A stretch of DNA of 64,000 nucleotides from Trichoplax sp. H2 (Eukaryota), in NCBI GenBank assembly GCA_003344405.1, contig NOWV01000180.1:62001-126000 (forward strand). Reading direction: 5' to 3'. This document shows positions 39,470-52,131 of this stretch, piece by piece. A program made the translations under genes and the position numbers. Numbering within the stretch: the first letter of the stretch is position 1; every line of letters begins with the position of its first letter. The notes under the pieces are model-generated. The model was not told where the DNA came from. It saw nothing but the letters and a program-made list of their open reading frames with translations, and did not search any database.

Positions 39470-42400
39470 CAACGTAAATGTCGAAAAATCCTGAAAAGCT
39501 GAGCAAATGCTACTAATAATACATAAATTGCTGTAATAAAATTAGAATGAATAGTGTAGCTGCAACTGAAAATATTTTACAAAGATATTGCTATCCTTGT
39601 AGGAACAAATGTTAACTATATTTTATTTTATTAAATAAAAATAATTGCAATGATCAGATTCAAATGAAATCCTTATCGTACTGAATAAGTAAACTGTAAC
39701 TTTTGGATGAGTGACTTTGTTGACCAACTATTACAAGTATTTATAACACGCATTACCTGGTAACCATTAGCAATATGATTAATTTCTTATTGTTTACCCT
39801 AGGTTAATAAATTAAGTTTTACGAGTTTACTTCATATTCTTTCAGCATGATACACTTTTTATTCGTACTTCGGACTCGAGCTGTTGGTTAAAATAGCAAG
39901 CTTTATATAAGTGTCATTCTTCAAACAGTGCATTTATCTAGTTTAAATCTATTCGTTAACTTTTTTACCCTTTACGCTACCATCATCAGATGTTTTATAT
40001 TTAAACTTGGGTTGGAATTGTTGGTTTAAGAATAACATCCTTATATTTGTAGTTAGCAATTTAACTCCTCCCATACGCCTAAAGGAATGAGCATACTCAA
40101 CCTACACAAGTGAAGACTAAAAATTGTCGATAACCATTTATATTATTATACAAATACATTATCCGAATCTTGAACAATAATGGAAACGGTCGATTAGGTA
40201 AAGTACAGTATTTATGTCAGTCAATAAACCATCGGATCTCACGAAACAACATTCCCTACCCCTATTGTATGCGATACTAGCCAGGAATGTTAATATCTTA
40301 TCCAGTACGAGAGTGTCACTTATAATATCAATTATGCCATCGCTAATTTCAACGAAATAGTAACGATATTCAAAATACTGTAGAAAAATGAGTACGGTAT
40401 CATGCCCAGGTTCAATAAACACTTAGTTCCTGCTTCGTCTTCAGTAAAAGAAAGCATATTTACCACAAAATTTCTTATTAGAGAGTGAGTCCATTCAGTT
40501 TAAGTTGGCAGACTATGAGGAACCTAATGTGCTTTACAACGAATAATAGTACACGAATGTGTGGAATATTTTCTATGAAATTTTACTTTTTCTATTAATA
40601 CAGTACAGGAACAAAAAATATTGGATAATAACGACACGATGTAATAGCGAAAGTAAATTTTACTTATTCATAACAATTGTAAATTAACGATACCCCTTTA
40701 AATATATGTAGTATATACTGCTGGTTATTGATTGAAATTTTCTCCTAATTACTGTTAATTTTAGACAGTCGTTAAAGAATAACATTCAGCTCCTAGAAAA
40801 ATTTTGCATTGTATTACACACGTAGAAATTTTCTGTACCTAAAAAGGGGGAATAGACTCCGTTGACATCTATTAACCTTAAAGAATAATTTCGGGTTATC
40901 AGTGTTTTAACCCTGGATTCCAATTGCCTCTGATCATCTTCACTTTAAATGTAATTATCTAATTAGACATGTAGTGTTTATAAAATTTTGTATATAACAA
41001 AAGAATTAGTGTAAAATTCTTTTTAAACTTTATTCACTGTATTTGATTCAACAATGTCTTCATTAATTATCTATAATCGAATGAGTTATTAATTATTATG
41101 GCAAACTGACCGATCAAAAGTATTATGAACCGTGTGAAATTGTAATGAAAATCCGATTATGCCGTTACATTTCAAATTAAAAGTGATAAAAATTAACCAA
41201 AATACATATTAAAACCTATCACACTGATATCATTCTTGTGAATGGATCTTCCTGACGAAAATCTAACTTATAGCTTAAGATCGAACCTGTCATACATCAA
41301 ATGCCATTAGATTCATTATATATTGGTTAACGTAAAACCATCGACAACTGCTGCACCGATAACTCGAATCTTTTGCAACCTGGTTTATTTTCATGCAATT
41401 TTTTAATACTATATGATTAATATCTAAAGGGAATATTGATTATTTCAATTACACTATCACATCTATCTACGCACAGTGATACACATGCTATAAATTTATC
41501 ATTAGGAAAGTATTGATAACACCGCAGAATTTAGGAGAGATTATACCATGAAACTGGATAAATATTGATAAAATTGAAAAAAATTAAATTCTACTGTAAA
41601 ACAAATATTAATTATTGCTTATAGGGCAATTAAATTTTTAACGTGTACTTTCCTCTTTAGCCCCTGATATTTACGTTTTATTATGAAATGTAAAATGAAT
41701 TTTATTGCTATAACTAACCTCCAATAATTAAATAATATATTCTTTTCGTTATCAATATGAGTATATAATTACATATAATGAAAAGCTATTTGTAGAGAGA
41801 CAATTGATATCAATACCGGCGAGAAGTAGAAAAAAAGTCTTCCAATTTTCTCAGCAATGAATTGTGTGAATAGAAGTCGATTATGTCTTGCTGTCTAGTG
41901 GAATGTGATAGAACAAGTAAAATGAAATAATTTTAGTAATATATCGGTTAAAAAATGGTTAGTAACATGACAATATCGAAAGTAGAGAGTCATTCAATCC
42001 AGAAATTCTCACTCTACTGTGCTAATCATCATATGTCATCACATTACAAAAAATTCTTTAGAGTTGGTAATTTTAATTCCAATAAATTTTATAGCCAATT
42101 TAATAAAATTGTCCTATGTACAAGTATTCCGTTAGACTTAAGAATTCTTAGAACTGATCATAGCATAAATATTAGGAATTAGTTAGCTATCGATATGAAA
42201 AATAATTACTTATAAATTAACTTACAAGGTAACTTTAATCTTGAAGTTATAAATAAGTCATTTAGGTATTAATGAGTCCGCTATTAAATTTAAACTGATC
42301 GACATTAAGAAAGAAAATTCCATACTGATTCAGAATATCAATCATTGCGGTTAGCAGTGAGCACGAAATGATTAAAATTCTTCTAAACTTTATCCAAGAA

Positions 42401-44902
42401 AGCGACTTCAATATTAAACCGCTCTAATATCTATATATACACGTATGTACAGTTGACCGAAAACTATATTAACAGTCCTACCTTGCATTAGATAAATTCC
42501 GATCGATATAAAGTTTCAGTAACTAGAAGATTTATCGTAATAATCGCTAATAAACCTCGAAATGATCGAAGTCCTTCTAGAAAGTATCTCAGAAAGAGGC
42601 TGTGACATAAAGAGTAACCCTAGCAGTTTTCCGGAAAGCCCCGTAGTAAATACCCTTTTCCCGTCTTGGATCGATATTGACCCATATGAAATATTAATAA
42701 TGTTAGGTATTAAGCTTTAAAGAGTTAAAGAATTCAAAAGAGGATTTCGCTATGAAGGCAATTTATTTTACTGATCTTAATCTAATTCTACGCGCAATAC
42801 ATGTGCCCTTATTACTGCGTTTATCATTAATAAATAGGACAGTGAAGATCCCTTTTAAATCTAAATAGGAATATTAAACTATAAATAGTACCTTCCGATT
42901 TATTTATTTATCGAATTTGCACATCTTGATGACTCTTTTAATACTCAGTCATTTAGAGCTAGCAAATAGTGCAGTAAACAGTTTTTCTATCAGGGGAAAT
43001 TAATGAAAAAAATACATGCGTTTTATTGATTACTGTACCTTTGCAAGAAGTAATATAACCAATATAAAACAGCCGATTACTATAAATATGATAGCAGGAA
43101 AGATATGTGACCTAGGCTAGAATTCAATCTTGGAAAATAGTGACAGATTTATGGCATAATGTATGGTATATTATGAAAAATCGAATGACAGCTACATCAG
43201 TAAGAATAATATTTAGTCGACGATTAAAATTTCTATTAATTCATTTTTCCATATGTGATATTAGTATTTAAACGCAAAATACGATAGTCATTTCTTAATA
43301 ATGGTTGCTATTCAACTTTAAGAACTAAAAAAGAGAAATACCCACACAGTGGTGGTACTGATATCATACATGAATAGAATTTAGAAATAGAGAGTAAATA
43401 AATTCCAGGCTTTATCGCTTATGTAACGAGAAAAGGAAGAATATTTGTAAATGTAAGCCAGGATATGTCGAAAATTGGTGCTAATTTAATTATTATGTAC
43501 CATGGATAAATATTGAAATTGTGCATTCATTTAGAGATCATTTATAGTGCATTTTAATACTCTAGGAATTTTTCGATATAGTTTTTGTGCTACTAACATA
43601 GCTAATAAAAACTTTCCTGCTAGGTATAGTTACAGTTATGATGAAATTATATTATTCTGTTTGCAAGCTTAAAACTCTACAGTTACGTAATGAATTTCCA
43701 GCGAAGATTAATTCGATTAGATTGTGATGAAATCATAATGTTACGATATATGTACAACTTAATCAAGTTTAAATGATATCGTTAACAATGAGTTCTCAGC
43801 GAAAAATTATCTACTACAGAGCTATAAGTGCTTAATTATCATAGAGAGGAAAGAGAGAAGAGAACATAGAGCGACTGTCGAATCTAAAGCTACGGTATAT
43901 TAGTCTACGATGATCGATTCATTTTTAATGGATAGGAAGGTTTAAATTATCATCATATTAATATGATCGGCATAGAGCAATTATATAGATAATCTAACAG
44001 AATTAATTATAATGACAAATGAAGTATGAAATTGATTCGATCTGGCTAAATTTTTAATGTTAATCTATCCTCCATATTATTCTCTCCTACGCCTATCATC
44101 ACTTTCTTTCACTTTTCGTGGCTGGCTAATTTAAGAGAATAATTAATCGATATTAGGCTATCGATTATCGTTGTTCATAATAGCATACAGTATTAATTAA
44201 TTAATGATAGAGCTTTGAGATAGACTTACTGCTATTGCGATATCATTTTATGCTCAAAAATAGAAAAACTGAATCGATTAAGATCGCTAGTATACGATTG
44301 GTAATAGTGTACAAATAGAGCAAAAAGTTTCCATGACATCTTACTCAATCTCATTGTAAAATAATGAATCTATAAAAAAATTTAAATAATGTAGCAGGGT
44401 AAGTTATAACTTCTATGGAAGAGTTAAAGTTGATTGAACTAGAGCCTTGACTTGCAATCATCCAGTTAAAATAGATTCGATTAAAAACCTTTCTATGTTA
44501 ACTTGCCATCATTATATCAATATAGTTAGACATATTATTCTGTGCAGAATGATTGCTTACTATAATATTTAATTAGTCAAAACGTAGATGAAATGAATTA
44601 AGCGTGTATGTAATAAAGGAGTAGAGCAAAAATAACGGTTTAAATTCATCGGTTGAGACAAAATTAAGACGAAATAATCCTACAGCACTAACAGATAGCA
44701 TTATTCTGTTTTGGAAGTAAATGGTACGGATAAGAGTTGTCATGATCTATTGCATACCAATCCATAGTGCATTCTTTCCTACTTCCTTTCCTACGATAGG
44801 GAATACTGCAATTTGTTTAATATTTAAAAAGCCATGGATAATGACGGCTTGTATTCTATCATAATAGAAGGCCAATGTATTCGTTGTCGTTGTTGAAGAG
44901 AA

Positions 44903-45862
44903 TTAAGGAGTCTTAATTTGAGGTAAATGCATTTTGGAATTTTCTGCTGTTGTTCGAACCGCCATAAACGGTAATGCTAACTTAGCACGTTGTTCACCTT
45001 GAGCATAAGAAGATCTTCTAAAATACCTTTTCGATTTATCAGGATCGGAAACAATTTCATGGATGGCTGGATTATTCTTCATTCCATATAGCTTTTCAGC
45101 TGATTTTCTCCTTATGTAATGGATGTCTCGTACTTTTTTCTCTCGAGATACTTCCGATCCTATGGTGGAACTACGTGGTCGAGCAAGTAAGAATTTTTCA
45201 TCCATTTCAGCGGTTAAATGATTAACTTGAGAATTGATAATCTTATTATTAGTATCGGTGACGGTGACTGTAGTTGTTGTTTCTTTTGCAGTTGGTGATG
45301 TTGTTTCTTTTTGATTCGGAGATGATGTTTCTCTTCGATTTAGAGATTGATTAAGAGACGAGGATCTAGGTATCCCTTTACCTAGGCTATGAAGTCGTTG
45401 TCTAGAGCGACCAGTTGAATTACTTCTTGGTCGGACTTTTGCCTCTTCTTCATTATTCAATGATGGATCAGACGTTGTCCTATCAGCAATAGCATGATTT
45501 ACTATATCAGGATTCGATGCATAATTGCTATTGCTACCGCGTCTTGATGAATATTTGGCGCATGTAACATTGCTATTAGCAACGACCATACTTTGCGATC
45601 GAGGTCTCATCATAGCAGACGATTTATCTTGGCTAGTTCCAGCAATCGCTGCTACTGCTTTAACACTTCGAAGTAGACTGGCTTTCTCTTTAGCCATTTT
45701 TTTTTTTAAGGCTTGAGTATTCTTATCATATTTCTCTAGTTGTTTTTGTAATTGCCTATCATATAAACTATTCATGGATAGGATCTCATCGGAATATTCG
45801 CTCCTAGAACGGACGACGCTAACTGGCATATTTTTCAATGTTAGTGATGACCGAACACTCAT
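44903..45862 (-). CDS. Intronless 319-aa Ser/Arg/Thr-rich, probably disordered protein with an N-terminal coiled coil; unknown function
   Basis: 960-bp ORF, markedly less AT-rich than its flanks. A strong polypyrimidine/AG acceptor upstream (~46172) suggests a spliced 5'UTR. Confidence 0.8.
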   Translation of the reverse strand: MSVRSSLTLKNMPVSVVRSRSEYSDEILSMNSLYDRQLQKQLEKYDKNTQALKKKMAKEKASLLRSVKAVAAIAGTSQDKSSAMMRPRSQSMVVANSNVTCAKYSSRRGSNSNYASNPDIVNHAIADRTTSDPSLNNEEEAKVRPRSNSTGRSRQRLHSLGKGIPRSSSLNQSLNRRETSSPNQKETTSPTAKETTTTVTVTDTNNKIINSQVNHLTAEMDEKFLLARPRSSTIGSEVSREKKVRDIHYIRRKSAEKLYGMKNNPAIHEIVSDPDKSKRYFRRSSYAQGEQRAKLALPFMAVRTTAENSKMHLPQIKTP

Positions 45863-47753
45863 GATTTTTCTTGTGTGGTAATATCAATGCAATCAATAAA
45901 TTCTACTTGACTTTTAGAATTGATTCTTTCTGTCTTACACGATTGAAAATTTTTTCTTTAATAGTCTATCAATTTGTATAATCAAGACAAAATAATCATA
46001 ATGATCAATGCTTAAAGGCATTGACTACTTGTTTAATCAATTGAAATACTGAACCCCATAAATTAATCATTAATTTAGTGTAGCTAAAATGAATTAGCTG
46101 ATCAATACGGGGGGACAAGAAGCGAGAGAACTGGATGGCTTAGTGGCCAATCTTGTCGGTAGTATTATTCCCTAGTAAAAGATGAAAGAAAAATCAACAA
46201 GCGAAATGATTTCATTCGTAAACACAACATTGACTATGTAAAAAAGAGAAGAAAAGAGAGAGAAAATAGGCCAACTTTCAATATATGAATTAATCCAGAT
46301 CGGAAAAAAAAAAAAATAGACTGATCGAGTCAGAACTCATGACAACATTATGGCTATCCTCAATTCAAAGTAGTTCAACATAAATCCACGACTGATTTAA
46401 ACTCGTGAATTGGAAATTGAAATTACTTTTAATGATCTGTCGACGATGGTAGTTGAATGTTAGCGATAATAGGTCGGTGAAATAGCAGATATTGACTATC
46501 AGGTTGGGCAGGGGAAAAGCGAAGGAGGAATGAAATGAACGTATTATGACTGATGATTTCTTCTATAACCACTGACTTTCATTGAATATTCATGCAAAAA
46601 TAAAACCTTAATACAATCAATATGTTGATGACTTCTTTAAATGCTAATCAAATCCAACTTCTGTTATGTTTTATTCGTACATCATTTCCAAATCAGACTA
46701 TTGTCGGCTAGCATTCAAATTTACTCAACTATTATTATCTTTCAACTTCGTTTAAATAGGCAGCAACAATGGTGGGTGTTATTGATCAACCCGACTTAAG
46801 ATCCAGCCTTTTATTTCCGTTGATAGTGACAGCATGACTTCCTTTTGAATTAAAATTGCCAACATGTATTGACAAAAATAGAATAACATACTGTCCTATT
46901 CTCATAGTGAATAGTTAGAAAATGAAATAAAATTTTGGGGATTGATTTAAGCGCCTTGGTAAATATTCTTTCGAGTCGAGATTAAATTTTGATCAGGCCA
47001 TGTTGCGAAAGTATTTTCCACTAAAATCTATAAACTCTTACTTATATTGCCGTATATGATGATGAGTAGTTTCTATCTTATTGATGGAATATGGTCAACT
47101 ATCCATGATCGATTGTAGAATTTTCTCTTCTATTGAAATAGACAACGAGTCAAAGGAAAAAACAAGTAAACTAGAATAAAAGTATAGAATAAGGTTAATG
47201 TTAGCAACAGAAGAATACATCATGATAGTGCAATATAAAGGATCACCATGTAATTTGATATCATGTTGATCAATTCAATGCGTTACTTGACGACTATAGA
47301 CGGCGAACTGTGAATTTCTTTCTATTCATGTTGAATTTCTATGACTTGAATTGAGTTTTTCTACTTTCTTCCTCGTAAATTGATCTTTTTAACCTTAGTC
47401 AACGTCTATGCCCAAATAGAATGATTTATTCTAGGTGAGAAAAATATGGATGAAGAATAAACTACCGTAATCGATTGTCCTATTAAATTAACTATCCATT
47501 ACAAATAAACATGGAACTATTCTGGTCGAAGTTATCCAATTTTCTACCCATTCATTCATTTGATGCTACTATAGATTTTATTGACAATGTCGGATAGTAA
47601 CGAGAGATAAAATTTTACCTTGGAAGTCAGCTTAAATTATTCTAAAATTCATTTATGAATTCTTCTATGATTGGAGATTGTTACTACTAAATAGTTGATC
47701 GATGATTAAATATTCTAGCGTTCATTCTAATATTTGGACACGGTTGAAACATA

Positions 47754-47935
47754 TACAAAACCTTTGCTTCATAAAGGAAATAGTAATGTGGAAAATTGGA
47801 CTATTTCAATTTTCTCATACACCTTTGAAAAAGTAATACAAAACTTGTGCTTCATATTAGGAAAATATCAATGTGAAAAATAAAAAGTCGAATATTTAAA
47901 CTTCTTATACACTACTGAAAAAGAATATAAAACTT
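47754..47935. repeat. Diverged tandem duplication (~2 copies of ~85-90 bp), intergenic
   Basis: atacaaaac.t.tgcttcata..aggaaa...aatgtg.aaaat...catacac...tgaaaaag occurs twice, followed by a partial third atataaaac. Confidence 0.7.
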
Positions 47936-50900
47936 CTAGACAATACTAGCAATGATAGAAGTCTCTGGACGATAATAATTCATTGAGGGTGCGGTACATA
48001 AAAGATGCAGATCAAGTAGATAATTTTAATCAAATATTTGCAGGATTAAACAATTATAGGCAATAAAATCTTTCCATTCCAATTCAAGCTTAAATTGCAC
48101 TTTATAATACTAAAGGTTGTAGAATAAATAAGTGAAATTAGACCGATTTTCAATCGATTTTCTCTTCCGATTTTTAACGTCTAGCCAATATATTATGTTG
48201 GTTATTGTTGAACGGAAGGAGAATTCATTTAGAATTCATTTAGCGGTAAAATGTTTTCCTTCCGATTCTCATTGGATTGTACAATATCTAGGATAGGGTT
48301 AAGTGAAAGATTAAAAAATTATTGATGAAATTGGATCGAGTTTATCAACTCTTTTCCTTATAATTCAGACTCTTAGACTGCAATATTTCGCTTATTTCCT
48401 AAATGCAAAGTAGCATCAACGATTTCTCATAGGTTTATCCTAGAAAGAAAATAAATAGAATACAATAGATCCTTTCATTACCAAAGACATGCAGATATTG
48501 ATATCATTGAATAGAAAGGATGAGAAGGAATAGCATAGTATTACATCACTTCGATCTACTATAAATTAAATATTATGAGAATTTTCAATGATAGGCAATC
48601 GCTGATAGTGATACCCCCATTTTTATTGCTAGGAAATAATCGATAACTGATGGCTAATAATAATAATAACATTTTATTACTAGGAAATAACTAAATGATG
48701 ATAAACTTTATTCTTTTATTGCAAGTTACAAATAGATTGATGGTAGCTGAATGGATTAATGCATAGTAGACATTGATTTTTTACCATAGCCTCGTTGGCT
48801 ATATTAATTCCTCAATGATCATCAAAACAGGAAACAAAATAGACGATACTCATCGTGGAAGCTCGATTAATTCATCTATAGTATACCAATTGCTGATATC
48901 ATTACCATTTTTCTAGGCTACGGTATTATTCCCTATAAATAGGAATAAATCAAAATAAAAATGATCCACTAATCGCATTATAATTAATTTACCCTTATAG
49001 TGCTCAAATTGGCACTGTATCGCATTATGATGTAAATTAATGTTATACCTTTTCTTGACTATAGTACTAGCTGAACAAAGTAAGAATACTCTCTAATTCA
49101 CATAGTATTCCTAAAGTCAATACATGATTGTCCATGATTGATTTCAATTTGTGCAATTAAATCAAGAATAGAATCAATTCTCTATTTAGGTCTATTTCTT
49201 TCGATATACCATACCGATCAAATAATAGTCTGATTTCTACCAATTCAATAATGATGACATGATGACTTTTCATGATGAGTTTATACTCTAGGGATGATCC
49301 AGATGGTTTCATATCATTGAATAGCATTTCTATTTCTGTTAATGTCTTAATCAATAAATGAAATTATTGTATTTATTTTCTCTAGATAACATAAATTTTT
49401 TAAAATAAGTACTCATACTTCTATTTATTCTGAAGAATGGAAATAATGCTCGCATTTGTTATGTTTATCATCGGCTTAGTCAATAATATTTTTAAAATTG
49501 TCTGCAAGGTAATAATCAAGAAGTAGTATTAACAATAAATGCTTAAAGAATCCAAATTTCTCTCCCTTATCACACTTGATTTCCAAATAATATCGGATAA
49601 TACCGCAAAATACTCCTAGTTATTAATATTACATATACTTCATTCGATCTTGATAATTACTATTGGTTATTAAATTATTTTTACCATCATGTCTCTGCAT
49701 ATTCTTTGTTATTTGTAGATATATCTTTCGTTTTTATATTATTTTAATGCTAACTTTAATATCCATAATACTACAGATGCATTAATAACCAAATCTTCGT
49801 TCTTCAATTTCTTTAAAAAATAATATCAGGTAATGCCATAGATACTCCTAATAGGTAGTATTAACGCTTAAGAATCTTTCTTAAACGGTGGCCATTCTAA
49901 ACTTAATAAATTTCATTTGGTCGTTATTTGATGGGATTATACATAACTGTATCTTTTTGGTATTTTATTATTATGATGCTAACTTACTGTAAGTATCCTA
50001 CATATCAAATTATTATTAATTTCAAGAGAAAATGACTTTAAAAGTTACATAATTGTATCTCCTAATAGCTATAATTATAAATTCTTTCATATGAACTACA
50101 GAGGTTGGCTACAACAAGATATTTATTTAATAACTAGCATAAAAAAACATCCGTTTAAAGAATGAGATACTAACATAAAACATTATCTGATTGGATCTAG
50201 ATGATGTAAAATCATATAATTCAATCTGCTGCAACTGTCTGTATAAGGTTATAGTATATAACAATAATGCTATACACAAAAGGTTATAGCTATAAAATAT
50301 TCCCGACAGGTTATTTTTATAAATATTTATGCCATTAAATAAAAGTACTTTGCGTAAACGTAGCAAAAGCAGCCATTCAATTATATAAAAGTAGAAATAG
50401 TAAGAGAGCGATTGTATGGACATTTCATAATACCGGTCCTACAATGCAAATGGAGATGAAATAAATAACTTTCAGAATCTAAGTAACTATAAATTATTGT
50501 AAAAACTTAACTATAGGGCTATTAGTTGGACCATATTACTATGAAATGGCCGTCGCTTTCTTTATCATTCTCTGATCGAGCTGCTGTTGCACTTTCATCA
50601 AATTTACGAAGAGTAAATCATTCCGTTCTTGAACTGTTAACACTTACTGGTAGTAAGTTAGTAATATAAATGCATTCTCTATTATACTAGATGGAGATCC
50701 TAAATTAAAGACAATTTTAAATGTAGTTCAACATCACTACAGTGCTTACTCCTGGTATGAGAGTTCAATTTATGATCTACGATACGTAATGCTTAATATT
50801 TGGAATAGTAACCTACTATGCCGCAAAGATATGCTAAACTATTGTGCCTGTAACTAAATACAAACCTTACTATAATTAGGAAAATTTCATATCATGGTGT

Positions 50901-52131
50901 AAATATAAAATAGTATAGACAGAATACAGTCTTAATAATACTCATATAACGAGATCGCTATAAAATCTACTCCATAGGTGAAGAAATCATTTAATTTTCA
51001 GGTTACAACAGATTTGTATACGTAGTTCGCATTTGTATTATCCAAATGTTGTAGCGACTTTTATATATACATCAAATGGCGTGGAGATATAATACTTGAA
51101 TGATCGAATGCAACTTAAAAAAATTGGCGTTAATAACAATAATATTAATAATCAAATTTAAAGCTATCGTAGTGCTGTATATCTATTTATCGAAACGGAC
51201 GTAAAAAAAATTAATGATATCTACAGTAAGAATAAGTAATTATAAACCATTTGTGTAATGGAACATTAAAGATCAGTATTCAACGAGTTACAATGTCGTA
51301 TTGTGACAAATAAGAAATAAATACCTTAATTAACATGACATACTAATAAGATTCTTCACACACAGAAAATACCCTTCATTAAGCAGAAATAAATTGAAGG
51401 TATCAAATCAACTGTTCCGTCTGTAATCTATTTAAATAACAGCGTAAAAACGAAATATTTGTATAGTTGTGTCTACATAAATTATTGCATAATGAGGCCG
51501 TCTAGCTGTCTTGAAGGTGACATCTACCCATGACGTTTGTTCTCTATTGCGATAATAGATCAACAGGAAGCAGAAATAATATAAAACAACATTATCATTT
51601 ACACTTTTCCATCATAATGTAACAACTACGTTCAACATGACGTCAATTTTTAAACCAATTTCCTCACAATGTACCCAATCAAACTAACGCTGTTATGATA
51701 CGTCATGTGAAATATCAGTTTGCTATCTCTGTTATAATGCAGTAGAAGTATTTCCTTTCATAAATACATACATAACGAAAGATTAATAAGATATACATGT
51801 ACTGTACGTACAAAAAACAACAATGCCAGTTAATACGGTGTAATCATCCTAATGGGTACTAGTAGCTTAATAGTAAAATTGATCAAGTATTCATTTAATG
51901 TAATTAAATTTAAACATTTTTTCCTGCAGAAATTCGGCTACATTGTAAACAACACAGTTTAAAAGTTAATATGTAGGTACAGTTGTAAAAGTGGTCTGAT
52001 CTGTAATTTATTCATTGAAATAATATTAATTTACGATTATTCTATCATACGAGTACTACATCAGAAATTCGCATTAGCTGTTTACAATTAAGCTACGTCA
52101 TTCACTTTAGGTTTAATATTGATCAATAAAG

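Noticed and set aside
45525-45716. Antisense ORFs overlapping real genes (also 1493-1678, 7250-7447, 26630-26923, 63616-63900)
   Set aside because: Shadow ORFs on the opposite strand of coding exons, with no independent support.
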